Shown: positions 48,025-58,593 of the stretch, one piece after another | Position numbering within the stretch: position 1 is the first letter of the stretch | How the letters are laid out: every line of letters starts with the position of its first letter | Source: Mizuhopecten yessoensis | Taxonomy: Eukaryota | Assembly: GCF_002113885.1 (NCBI RefSeq) | Contig: NW_018403789.1 | Location: 1,045,570-1,109,569, forward strand | Length of the DNA: 64,000 bases | Direction of reading: 5' to 3' | Position numbers and translations under genes: made by a program | Notes under the pieces: model-generated | Databases searched by the model: none | Told to the model about the DNA's origin: nothing | What the model saw: only the letters and a program-made list of their open reading frames with translations

Positions 48025-48330
48025 ATGATAAGTCGTTATAACGAGATAACGAAATGGTAAGTTATCATAATGAGAACGTAAATCGTAATAAAGAGATGGT
48101 ATGTCGTTATAACAATATGGTAAATCGTTATAACGAGGTGGTAAGTCGTTATAACGAGATTGTAGGTTATTCTCACGAAAAGTATGTCGTTTAAAAAAAA
48201 TTGTAAGTCGTTTCAACGAGATTGTCAATCGTTATAACGAGGTGCTTAGTCTTTATAACGAAAAGTAAGTCGTTATAACGAAAGGGAAAGTCGTTGTAAC
48301 GAAATATCAAATTGTCATTTGTTATAACGG
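48025..48330. repeat. About 21-bp degenerate tandem repeat with palindromic CGTTATAACG core
   Basis: AAGTCGTTATAACGAG recurs about 12 times. Confidence 0.8.
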
Positions 48331-49279
48331 GGAACTTAGTATATTGAAAATTGGAATTGTAGTTATATTTTGTAGCCCTTCAATTACAATAATAGTGATT
48401 GCATCTACACCCACTAGCGTCACTGGGCTACATGTACACTATCATGGTGTATGTGGGGTACAATAGAAGATGTTACATGTACAATGCGCTGAGAACGAAT
48501 ATATCTGCTATATCCCACTACATCATCGTATGAGGCGACTAATGTTAAGTCTGCTTCAATACATCCGTGGATATATTTCTGTAATCTGCTGAAAAGACTT
48601 TGAAAATACAAAACAAATCAGTTAGTTTAGTTTAAACATATGTTATTGCAATATACTTACAAAAAGGATTTGGCACGAGTTATTGCAACTTATAAACGCC
48701 CTTTCCATAATGCTTTACAACATATAAATATAATGCAAATCAGTGTTATGCCATTTACAATGGTTTGGATAGTATTAGTCTGCATTTTATTTAACATGAA
48801 TATTTCAATATCTCCCTCTAATTAGTAAACCTACCTGTGACACTTTTTCCTAGCTAAACCTTCTTAGTCGAATAACTTAATGAGCTACAGTTCTGACAAA
48901 TCCAGTAGCGATAAGGCCTTTAATCGGACCATACACTAAACTAGGTTACATAAATATATCTGTATGTTTATGGTCATAATAGTTGGGGAACGGGAAAATG
49001 TCTCTGTTCTACAAGTGACCATTGTGATACGCGGATACCACAGTAAGATATTGTTTTCCCTTATAACACGTTTTTTTTTAAAATATATGAAAAATAGGCA
49101 AAATGAACGAGGTCATAGTCAAAATGCATAAAAACGGGAAATGGCACATTCCGCAAAGACCGCTAGCGCTTTAATGTTTATTTGGCATTTCCCGTTTGCA
49201 TTCAATGGTTATGAATGTCAAGTCAGTTTACCGGAAGAGTGACTGAGAAACCTTCAAATGAACACCATTTACATGTTGA

Positions 49280-49640
49280 GGATATTGTTTGGAGTCCTGA
49301 CAACGGTTAGGGTCATACGAGGACAGGTGCCTAGGGCGACACCACCGTAAACAGAAAGTAGAAGATATTTATAAGACAAGAAAAGCAAAAAAAAAATTAA
49401 AAAAAAATCAAGTGTTGCAACGCGGGAGCATATCCGTTCTGGTCTCTGTAGAAGACACTGTAGACAACGCTCGATTCTGAAGGAGACCCCACCTTTGTGA
49501 CAAACACATGTAGTGGGATACATGATTGTTTCTTCAATGTCTCTTAAACAGAAGAACAGGGAAGAAACCATCCCCGAGACAGCATTTGTGGGGGGACCGC
49601 TATACGATTACGCAGTGGGCTGCAGCAGGCCTATCTTTCT
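49280..49640 (-). mobile_element. SINE-like dispersed repeat, related to 59320-60300
   Basis: Shares GGTCATACGAGGAC-GGTGCCTAGGG, AAACAGAAAGTAGA, AGTGTTGCAA, GGAAGAAA and CAGCAGG-CTAT with 60059-60300. Confidence 0.55.
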
Positions 49641-49783
49641 CTGAACCTGCACAAGTTTGTCGGGACATCGTATTTGTGATTTGAATATTGATTACCGTGT
49701 GAATGTTTGATCTACTCTTAAGGGTAGAAAGGTCAAACGATACCTAGATTAATTTCTAGTGTTGTCTTTCTGTATGTTACTGT

Positions 49784-49971
49784 ACTAACATATTCCCGCG
49801 GTTCGGAGAATAGCGGGAATTATTTGTCTTATCGGTTCGATACGGATATTGCCGAGTGTGCTTAGCCAATCGGATTGGCTCTGTATGTAGCACGTACGAT
49901 ACGTGTCAGCGTATCGGGTACGTGGGTCATTTTCTAGCCGCCTTTTCAGCGCGACGGTCATATTAAATTTT
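49784..49971 (+). repeat. Split direct repeat A1 (pairs with A2 53892-54077)
   Basis: ACTAACATATTCCCGCGGTTCGGAG...CGGTCATATTAAATTTT, nearly identical to A2. Confidence 0.92.
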
Positions 49972-49982
49972 TCTTATGAATC

Positions 49983-52826
49983 ATGGATGAACTTACGAAA
50001 GCAGATATTTCACAGCAGGTAGGAGCGGCAGTTTCAGCTTCCAGAAACGAACTTCTAACTCAATTAGACACGTTGATGACTTCCAAGTTTGGGCGTTTCG
50101 AAACCCAAATTGCAGACACTCAGTAAACCATTACGGAGACTCAGTTGACAAAAATCCAGCAGGGTATAATGTGCATGGACAGTTATAAATTCAATAAGAA
50201 AAGCTGTGAGGAGCAGCACAAATTTAACAACAAAGTTGTGACAAAGTTGCATGAAGCTCGGCAGTCAAACCAGGCCGGCGACGCGCGGGACACGAACGAA
50301 AAGATTACCGAAGGTATTAATTTAATGGCATACAGACAAAAACTCATAAAATTGGCAGATTCGTCTGACGCGGGTTGGAAGACGGTAGAGGAGTACGTCA
50401 CAAACCCTATCGCTTCGGATTCCGACGATGAAAAAAGAATGGACAGGACCAGGAGCAGGGCGAATAGGAAAGCTAAAACACAGAAGCAGAAACCAAGGAG
50501 ATTCCAGAAGGATCGTTTTCATCATTATGATGAGGGCGCATTGGACACGCGTGTCACGACAACAGGCGGGCGGGCGGTTATGGACAGACCACCGATGTTA
50601 AAACCTGGGACTTGTTTCTCTTGTGGTAACACAGGTCATTGGAGGAGGGAATGTCCGACAGTGAGGGGTATCCCCGCGACAGCAGGAAGGGCTAATGAAA
50701 AGATAAGTACACTTTTATTGTTTGATAAAAATGTAGATGTGGCTGATGAGTCAATGATAGTAAAGTCCGTAGTAGAGGCACATTCGGTAGTAAACACCGA
50801 TAGTACAGCACGTGTTTGTGAAACACGCCCACTCGGTCGGTTGAGAGACAGTGTTGATGTATGGGTAAACGCAGGTACGTGCGAGGCTGTGTTACAGGTC
50901 TTTCGTCAAGGATATAATTTGCCGTTCAAATCTCTGCCATTAGCTAGAGTTTTGTTCAACAATAGGCCCTCAAAAGATAATCCAAGTTTTGTGGATAGTG
51001 AGATAACCAATCTCATTCGTATTGGTTCTGTCACAGAAGTTTCGGAACAGCCTGTAGTGGTTAATCCACTGACAGTGGCATACAGCAAGAAAGGTAAGCC
51101 CCTCGTTTTAGATTGTAGGCACATAAATCCGTGTTAACATCAGTTTATATTTAAATACGAGGACGCGTCTGTAGCCAGGGACATGTTCGAGGAAGGTGAC
51201 CATGTATTTACATTTAATTTAAAATCGGCTTACCACCATATAGAGATATGGCTGGAGCACAGAAGGTACCTAGGATTTTCTTGGATATTAGAAGGTAGGT
51301 TACGGTATTTTGTGTTCAGTGTGCAACCGTTTGGGATCGCTACGGCAGGGTATATTTTCACAACGGTCACACGAGAGTGTGTGAAATACGGGCGATCGAA
51401 AGGTCACCACGTGGTAATGTACCTCGACGACGGTATAGGAGGACACAACCAGGCTGGCAAAGCAGCGGAAGTAAGTAAGGATGTGAGGCATAGTTTAACG
51501 CAGTTTGTCTTCATCAGCAGACGAAAAGTGTAGTTGGGAGCCATCACAAAATGCCACACGGCTAGGCTACACGTGGTTTTTCGAGGAGGGCGTGGTCAGG
51601 ATCACCATGGAAAGAATGACTAGGTTATTGACATGCCTAGACAAGACCTTGACGTTGATTGGCAGAGGTGAGGAATTGTTCGAAGCCAGATGGGTGGCAG
51701 GTATTGTTGGTGAGATCATCTCAATGCAAGGTGTGTTTGGACGGCAGGTAAGGTTGAAAACTCGGTGTTTGTACAACACTGTTTTGACAAAGGCAAGCTG
51801 GAATGCGCCGGTATTTATGGGCTCGGAGGCTATAGACATTGGAGGTCACATGCAGAGGGCATGAACTGCAAGGGCAGTGGGTTGAAGGAAAACGGTTGCG
51901 TCACTGGGACAAATACCGTTATGGTGTGTACGGATGCCTCCGACACGGGCTATGGTGGCTATGTATATACCGAGAACACTCTGGCTGAGAGTGAGTGTAA
52001 CGGAAAGCCTTTGGTAGGCATTCCCGTTGACGCTGATATGCAGTATGATCGAGCAGATCGACAATGTGTGTTGGGTTCATGGGAGGCCTCGGAGGCAAAG
52101 CGTAGCTCTTCTTGGAGAGAGTTAGAGTGGGCTAAACGGGTACTGCTATCGGTAAAGAGTATAGTAAAGGGGGTGAAGGTAAAGCTAGTAATGGATAGCA
52201 AAAATGCATGTAGTATTGTTCATACAGGGAGCAGAAAACAAGATTTGCAGGATATAGCATTAGCGATAAACGAGTGTTGCGGGACGGAGCACGAGCTGGT
52301 GCAATTTCAATGGGTCCCTAGGGAGTTGAATACGATCGCAGATTTTCTTAGTAGATGTTCGGACTGCGATGACTGGGGGATTCAGTCCTGGGTTTTTGAA
52401 ATATGTGAGGCGCGTTGGGTCCACATACAGTGGATAGATTCGCGTGTGATTACAACGCAAAATGCTTGCGTTTTAATTCGCGATGGTGGTGCAGCGGCAC
52501 AGAATCAGTGGACGCTTTTTCGCAGGTGGATGGTTCCCCCTCCTCGTTTGGGCTGTACAGTTTTGGGAAAGATAAGGCGGGATTGTGCCGCGGGCACTTT
52601 GGTGATTCCTGAATGGGCATCCGCACCCTACTGGCCAGAATTAATCGCGGAGAGATCAAGCTTAACAAGTTCCGTGGTCGACTGGATTTCATTCGGTCAC
52701 GACGAGGTGACAATGGCTGGTAGGGGTAATAACGGGATATTAAGTCATAAGACTTTAAATTCAGAATGTTGGCTTTCAGGTTCATGTGAGATTTATGAAT
52801 ACATTTTCCTTTTTCTGCAGGTCTGA
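49983..52826 (+). pseudogene. YR-retrotransposon gag-pol (Gag with CCHC knuckle, RT, RNase H, methyltransferase-like domain), disrupted
   Basis: ATG 49983; stops at 50124 and 51135; frameshifts near 51500, 51840 and 52420-52520. Motifs RQKLIKLAD, CFSCGNTGHWRREC, LKSAYHH, PFG, YLDD, TDAS, WRELE, N-IADFLSR, DRFA and GTLVIPEW. Confidence 0.88.
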
Positions 52827-52891
52827 GGTCAAAACAGCACGTTGGAGAGGCGCTCAATGAGGCCGGAATAGAGGAGGGGAGTTACCTTCAT

Positions 52892-53743
52892 ATGCTTGGC
52901 AGTAGTATGACGGCCAGACTTCCGGCATGCAAGGCGGATAGTACCAACACGAAGTATTTTGCTTTGTATAGGAGATGGGAGAGTTTCATACCCGATCAAG
53001 GTTTTCAGGCTTTGCCGGCCGACTCAATTCACATTGCATTATTTTTGACGCATTTATTAGACAACGGTGCTTCAACTGCGGTGACGGAATCGGCCATGTA
53101 CGCCATCAAATGGGCGCACGATATCACCGCATTGTCGGATCCTACCAATAACGTCTTTGTCAGAAATATTGTGGAATCAGCAAGACGAACTGTTAAAGCT
53201 CACGTTAAGAAGATTTTGTTGAGTTTCGCCGCGTTTTTAAGATTTAATGAATTCGTTTCTTTGCTTTGTTCGGATATTTCGATTAGGGACGATCATTTTT
53301 CGATTAAAATTAGAAAGGGTAAGACTGATCAGTATCGTCAAGGGGACGAAGTTGTCGTTAGTAAGGGCACTACTTCAGCATGCCCCTTGTCTATGCTCCT
53401 TCGTTACGATGATCTTGCAAAGATCGATTTCGAGTCTGAGGATTATTTGTTTAAGCAGGTCGTGCGATCGAAAACGCAGTGCGGATTTATTTTTAAGAGC
53501 AAACATTTGAGTTACACGGTGGTTCGAGAGTCTGTTTTAAAGCGCCTAAGGTTAGTAGCCGTGGATATTGATATCGGGCTACATTCTTTGCGTGCAGGAG
53601 GGGTTTCAGCCGCATCTGGGCAAGGTTTGAGCGATAGGTGTCTGATGAGGCATGGCAGGTGGCGCTCACAGTTGAGCAAGGACGGCTATGTCAAGGATAG
53701 TTTAGACAATCGGTTACAAGTCAGCCAAAAGATCGGTATTTAG
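52892..53743 (+). CDS. Tyrosine recombinase of the YR retrotransposon (appears internally deleted between AHVKK and ILLSF)
   Basis: Catalytic set FLRFNE (R), KTDQ (K), HSLRAGG (HxxR), HGRW and KDGY (Y). Confidence 0.88.
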   Translation: MLGSSMTARLPACKADSTNTKYFALYRRWESFIPDQGFQALPADSIHIALFLTHLLDNGASTAVTESAMYAIKWAHDITALSDPTNNVFVRNIVESARRTVKAHVKKILLSFAAFLRFNEFVSLLCSDISIRDDHFSIKIRKGKTDQYRQGDEVVVSKGTTSACPLSMLLRYDDLAKIDFESEDYLFKQVVRSKTQCGFIFKSKHLSYTVVRESVLKRLRLVAVDIDIGLHSLRAGGVSAASGQGLSDRCLMRHGRWRSQLSKDGYVKDSLDNRLQVSQKIGI

Positions 53744-53823
53744 GCGTTAATCGTAAGCGGAGTGTACATTTTATACGGCTAGATAAATTTGGTTAACTTT
53801 TCCTTCTTTGTTATTTTCTATAG

Positions 53824-54077
53824 CGCACGGCGGGCTAGGCGGGCAAACTGATATGTTTGTGTCGTGTTGTTTATGACGTAGTAGAGATTGGACTAACATA
53901 TTCCCGCGGTTCGGAGAATAACGGGAATTATTTGTCTTATCGGTTCGATACGGATATTGCCGAGTGTGCTTAGCCTATCGGATTGGCTCTGTATGTAGCA
54001 CGTGCGATACGTGACAGCGTATCGGGTACGTGGGTCATTTTCTAGCTGCCTTTCAAGCGACGGTCATATTAAATTTT
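53824..54077 (+). repeat. Split direct repeats B1 (53824-53894) and A2 (53892-54077)
   Basis: B1 matches B2 over 71 bp with one mismatch; A2 matches A1. Confidence 0.92.
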
Positions 54078-54611
54078 AATAATATAGCTTTTGGCAGGGT
54101 CAGCGGATTAGCGTTACGTGGATATTGTAGAGTAAACCCAGCAACTTGAAGTGTCGAGCCTTGAAGGGCTGGTGCACCTCCTGACTTGTCTGGTTTACCA
54201 GTTATTTTCAGGTTGGTTGGCTCACTCGGCTTCCCATTCTCTACTATATCGCACTAGTGTTTTATCTTGTGTATCATAAGGGGAAAGATACACGTGAGAA
54301 AGATAAAAGTACGGATTGATATGTATGTATAATAATAGCATTAGAATTGCATATGTAAAAGTTTTTTGTGTATGAGCGTTTGTCAAGATTTTCAAGATTT
54401 CAAGATTTTTTATTTCACTCAGACACACATAATATGTGTAACAAGAGGTCATGTATATATAACATAGTTTGAGTGCATGACAGGCAAACATTCTATACCA
54501 TAGCATAGTACATAAAAATATATATACGTGTAGTTACATACAAATAATTCAGTGTTCAACTTATATAAAATGTCACTAGCAAACAAAAAAAAAACTTAAA
54601 GAATAGAGACA

Positions 54612-57600
54612 CTAAAGTACTTTTGTTAATTTTTGAACAAATAAGCTTACACTTTTTAACAATTTCATATTAAAGATTGTGAACATTCCTTTCATTTTAT
54701 GTTGGTTTGGACTTGTATAAAAATAGGCCGGAATATGTTTTTCCCTTATTTTGACTAAAGTGTCGTTATTACAAGTATATAAGTAATGATACTCGTCCCC
54801 AATACCAGTATTACAAAGTGGGCATATTCTGTCCTGTCTTTGAATTCCCACCCATCTTCCTGTTTCTACTGGAAGCTTAATATTTGAAGTTCTAAATTTG
54901 CAGATAATTTTCCTATCTTTTGCGTTTAATCTGATCAAATAGTCTTCTAAACCAAAGCGATATTTAAATGTAGAGTATAATCGTCCTCTGGATGAGGTGT
55001 CAATTTTATTAAACCAGGATTGAATAAACTGATCGTGTAATTTATGTATAATTGCAGCTTTTAAATAAGTAATATCGGGCAGACAGGTTTTTTGATGGAT
55101 CCAAACATAGCTTAGACCTACGCTATCCAGGATATGTTTAACATAGTTCAACCATTTAAACTCGATTTGTCCATTTTCATGTAATGAGTACATCAATTTG
55201 TACATTCGACTAGACAACTTATTTTCACTCGAGGTAAGTGTATACCAAAATTTAATCATTCTTAATTTGACATCAACCTCAATAGGGTATCTGCCCGTTT
55301 CTCCATATACCATAAAATTACAAGTATTTCTGCGTAGACCAAGAATTCGTTTACAGAATTGGAGGTGTATTTTTTCAAGTATACTAACATCCTCATGGCC
55401 CCATATTTCTGATGAGTATAGCAAAATTGGAGCAACTAGCGAGTCAAACAATTTGAATTGTAAATCAATGGGTAACGAAACATTTCTTATTTTCTTATAT
55501 ACGGCATATAGTGCTTTTTGGGCCTGTTCCGCTAATTGCTTTTTTGCCACTACAAACCTCCCATTATAGTAAAATAGAACACCTAAGTATGGAAAAGAAT
55601 CTTGAATGTCTAGCTCATTATCCTGTAATAGAAATCGATATCTGTTAGTATTCTTTCGTTTAGAAAAGATGACAATTTTTGTCTTCTGTGTGTTTACCGT
55701 TAGTTTCCAATTCTCACAATAATCCTGAAATTTATTTAGCATTGATTGTAGACCATCTGCTGTCTCTGACATTAACACTGTATCGTCAGCATATAAAATA
55801 ACAAAAAGCTTTACGTACATACCAATATGATCATGACAAAGTTCATCAATCTTTAGTAAACAATCGACATTTTTTTCCAATAAATAGTCTTCTAAATCAT
55901 TTAAAAATATTGCAAATAAAAAAGGCGAGCAATTTTCACCTTGTTTTAGTCCGACATTTGAAGTGAACATTTCTGACATTTCATTCCCATTTCTCACACA
56001 AGATTTCGTATCAGAATACATGTTAATTAAAACTTTAAATATTTTACCAGTTATGTTACATTTGAGTAGTTTTTGCCACAAGCCTATTCGCCACACCGAA
56101 TCGAAGGCTTTTCTAAAGTCAACGAATGCACAATATAGTTTTCTACCGGAGGATAAATATAACGTTGTCAAAACGTGTAAAATAAAAATGTTGTCTAGTG
56201 TTGAGTGACCTTTTCTGAAACCTGCTTGTGCGTTACTTATGAGTTCAATTTCATCAGATAGTTTGTATAATCTTGCATTTAAAATCGACGTAAAAACTTT
56301 TCCCAAGCACGAGACCAACGTAATAGCCCTGTAATTATCCAACTTTTTGCGATCACCTTTGTTCTTATAGATTGGATTGATTATTCCTGTACTCCAACTT
56401 TCCGGTATTATACCAGTGTCCAATATTATATTAAACATATCAATATATACAGGTAACATTGTGTCAACCGTACTCTTTATGTATTCATTGACTATATTAT
56501 CAATACCACAAGCTTTGTTATTATTCAAATGTTTTATAGCATGAACAATCTCATCAGCAGTAATTCTATCATTCAAAATATTATCATACAAACATTCATT
56601 TACAGGTGGAATTTCAAATTCCTCCTCTGTTTCATTATTAAGATTCAATTTTTTAAAATAGTCATGTAGTTCGTCTATTGTCAGATCAACTTTACGACGA
56701 CCTTTAGGCTTATCAATTCTATTCAAAATATCCCAGAAGGCTTTTGGTTTAAATTTGGAAGCTTTCCTCATTTCATGTTCAATATTTTCTTGGAACTTTT
56801 TATAGCTACTATTAATGAGTTTTCTGTATTCTCTACCTTTTTTGTTCATTCTTTTCCGATTTCTTTGGCTTTTAAAGTTTTTGTAATCTCTCTTAGATTC
56901 ATGAAATTCTTTTCTTTTCTTAACACATTCACGGGTAAACCAGGGTTTATCCTCTTTGGTGAATACTTTTTTCCCATTGTGCACTTTTTTTGTTCCAAAA
57001 ACCTCTCTTGCTGAGTTCAAAAACAATTCAGCAATGTTATTTACTAAATCGTTTACATCGTCTCGCGATATAATCTCAATTGGAGACTCGTGTATATTTT
57101 TGATTTTTGAATTAATTTCGTGTAATTTGCCCCTCTCGTCCATATGTACTGTAGTTACGAAATCAGTTTGTTTTTCGTTTACCCATTTACCGATTCTCTC
57201 AGTAAGATGAACCGGTTCCTCGTTTTTGTATACGGATTCAGAATATTGAATGGTAAATTTTAGTCTACAGTGCACGTCTGAAATCAAAGGATCAAAGTCT
57301 AAAACTTCAAAGTGACATAAGAGAGGAAAAACATTGGACGATACAATCAAATAATCAACTACGCTCACATATTTACAAGTATTCTTACCAATGAGTCTAT
57401 CATTGCCGACTCTACCGTTTGCAATGTATAAATTATTATTTTTACAAAAATCAAGCAGATTACGACCAAATGTATTTGGTCTTGCTAGGTCTTGACTCGT
57501 TCTTTGAAGCGGTACCCCAAAACGGGTTAACTCTTCGTAATCATATAAATACTCATGCAAATCGTCATTTTCATGTATATTCAATGTTTCAATTAAATGT

Positions 57601-58112
57601 TCATCTGGAACGATATAATCGTCACAAGTATTAGTTCTGGCATTAAAATCTCCGATAAGTATAACTTTTTTGTCATTTTTAATTAAATTAATCATTTCGC
57701 CCTGAATCTCTAAAAATGCTTCATTAGAAGCATACCTGGACGTTTCGGGGGGTACATACACACAGCCCACTAATAGAGTGGATATGTTATTACTTGCACG
57801 TACCTCTACCCACTGGACGAACTCGGATGGAGTTTTTGGAAATAGAAGTAATGATTTATACTTTTCTTTAAATATTGTAATTATTCCGCCAGATTTTTTT
57901 TTTGTGTTAGGTCTGTTTTTAGCTACATAATCATAGCCGTTTGGCATTTTAAGAATGTCCAGATCGTCAGTTTTAGTTTCAGCTAATATAACGACGTCGT
58001 GAGACTTCACAATATCAGAGAATTCTGGTAACAGGATTTTAGACCTGACACCACAAATGTTAACAAACGTGAATTTTAAGTCCTGTACCTCCTGACCTCT
58101 TGTGACGTGATC
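54612..58112 (-). CDS. LINE ORF2: APE endonuclease, reverse transcriptase and C-terminal Cys/His motif (uninterrupted; no AUG before the first APE motifs)
   Basis: VNICG, AETK, YVPP, GDFNAR, VVDY, SDVH, NYRAITL, DFRKAFD, GLKQG, YADD, YLG, CPLC...DEYH...C motifs. Confidence 0.92.
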   Translation of the reverse strand, partial: DHVTRGQEVQDLKFTFVNICGVRSKILLPEFSDIVKSHDVVILAETKTDDLDILKMPNGYDYVAKNRPNTKKKSGGIITIFKEKYKSLLLFPKTPSEFVQWVEVRASNNISTLLVGCVYVPPETSRYASNEAFLEIQGEMINLIKNDKKVILIGDFNARTNTCDDYIVPDEHLIETLNIHENDDLHEYLYDYEELTRFGVPLQRTSQDLARPNTFGRNLLDFCKNNNLYIANGRVGNDRLIGKNTCKYVSVVDYLIVSSNVFPLLCHFEVLDFDPLISDVHCRLKFTIQYSESVYKNEEPVHLTERIGKWVNEKQTDFVTTVHMDERGKLHEINSKIKNIHESPIEIISRDDVNDLVNNIAELFLNSAREVFGTKKVHNGKKVFTKEDKPWFTRECVKKRKEFHESKRDYKNFKSQRNRKRMNKKGREYRKLINSSYKKFQENIEHEMRKASKFKPKAFWDILNRIDKPKGRRKVDLTIDELHDYFKKLNLNNETEEEFEIPPVNECLYDNILNDRITADEIVHAIKHLNNNKACGIDNIVNEYIKSTVDTMLPVYIDMFNIILDTGIIPESWSTGIINPIYKNKGDRKKLDNYRAITLVSCLGKVFTSILNARLYKLSDEIELISNAQAGFRKGHSTLDNIFILHVLTTLYLSSGRKLYCAFVDFRKAFDSVWRIGLWQKLLKCNITGKIFKVLINMYSDTKSCVRNGNEMSEMFTSNVGLKQGENCSPFLFAIFLNDLEDYLLEKNVDCLLKIDELCHDHIGMYVKLFVILYADDTVLMSETADGLQSMLNKFQDYCENWKLTVNTQKTKIVIFSKRKNTNRYRFLLQDNELDIQDSFPYLGVLFYYNGRFVVAKKQLAEQAQKALYAVYKKIRNVSLPIDLQFKLFDSLVAPILLYSSEIWGHEDVSILEKIHLQFCKRILGLRRNTCNFMVYGETGRYPIEVDVKLRMIKFWYTLTSSENKLSSRMYKLMYSLHENGQIEFKWLNYVKHILDSVGLSYVWIHQKTCLPDITYLKAAIIHKLHDQFIQSWFNKIDTSSRGRLYSTFKYRFGLEDYLIRLNAKDRKIICKFRTSNIKLPVETGRWVGIQRQDRICPLCNTGIGDEYHYLYTCNNDTLVKIREKHIPAYFYTSPNQHKMKGMFTIFNMKLLKSVSLFVQKLTKVL

Positions 58113-58472
58113 CTAGTGGTGCTCATTGTTCCGTCCCGGGGGTAGGGCTCCGTTGTGCGGATTCCTTGGGGGTGGGGCTCTATAGGGTTCCCCATTGACG
58201 TATAACGTGTCGTAACTGAGGGTAGCCCTATTGCCACGGCGCTTCTGTTCCCTCATTATTGGGTACAGAACGGCTCGTCTTTGGGCAATTTCAGGAGGGT
58301 ATTGCCGCTGAACACTGAACTCCGGTTTATCTCGAAGCTTGATAGGAGCTTCTTTGAGGACTCGTTCCAAGTCATTGAAGTTGGCAAATTTGGCAATTAT
58401 GCTACGAGGCTTGCCGTCACGTCGCTGTCTCAGGCGGTGTACGTTGTCGAATGATATGCCGTCGGGATTGTA
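58113..58472 (-). CDS. LINE ORF1 C-terminal part (L1-ORF1-like RRM/CTD)
   Basis: FDNVHRL...PRSIIAKF...QYPPEI..RR..L...LSYDTLYVNGEPY pattern. Confidence 0.8.
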   Translation of the reverse strand, partial: YNPDGISFDNVHRLRQRRDGKPRSIIAKFANFNDLERVLKEAPIKLRDKPEFSVQRQYPPEIAQRRAVLYPIMREQKRRGNRATLSYDTLYVNGEPYRAPPPRNPHNGALPPGRNNEHH

Positions 58473-58522
58473 TGTCAATGTATGTTATTTTTGAAACACA
58501 TCAATTAAATGCTTGACCATAA

Positions 58523-58593
58523 CGCACGGCGGGCTAGGCGGGCAAACTGATATGTTTGTGTCGTGTTGTTTATGACGTAGTAGATATTGGACT
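58523..58593 (+). repeat. Split direct repeat B2 (right end of the YR element)
   Basis: CGCACGGCGGGCTAGGCGGG...GATATTGGACT, matching B1. Confidence 0.92.

Larger units (their letters stand above)
54387..58472 (-). mobile_element. Young RTEX-like LINE, 5'-truncated within ORF1, inserted between A2 and B2 of the YR element
   Basis: AATAAA plus (AATCTTGA)n tail; candidate TSD TGTCAA at 54381-54386 and 58473-58478; intact ORF2. Confidence 0.9.
49784..58593 (+). mobile_element. Tyrosine-recombinase retrotransposon (DIRS order, split-direct-repeat PAT/Ngaro type), inactivated, with a nested LINE
   Basis: A1 49784-49971; gag-RT-RNase H-MT-like-YR 49983-53743; B1 53824-53894; A2 53892-54077; B2 58523-58593. 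Confidence 0.93.

Noticed and set aside
48420-48611. 63-aa minus-strand ORF as an upstream exon of the secreted-protein gene
   Set aside because: That gene already has a TATA box, ATG and signal-peptide exon at 47707-47817; this ORF ends in a stop and has no recognisable motif.
52892-53743. Phage integrase or bacterial contamination
   Set aside because: The recombinase lies within a gag-RT-RNase H element bounded by split direct repeats, in intron-containing animal DNA.
55198-57634. Plus-strand ORFs overlapping LINE ORF2
   Set aside because: Antisense shadows of a long coding frame, with no motifs.
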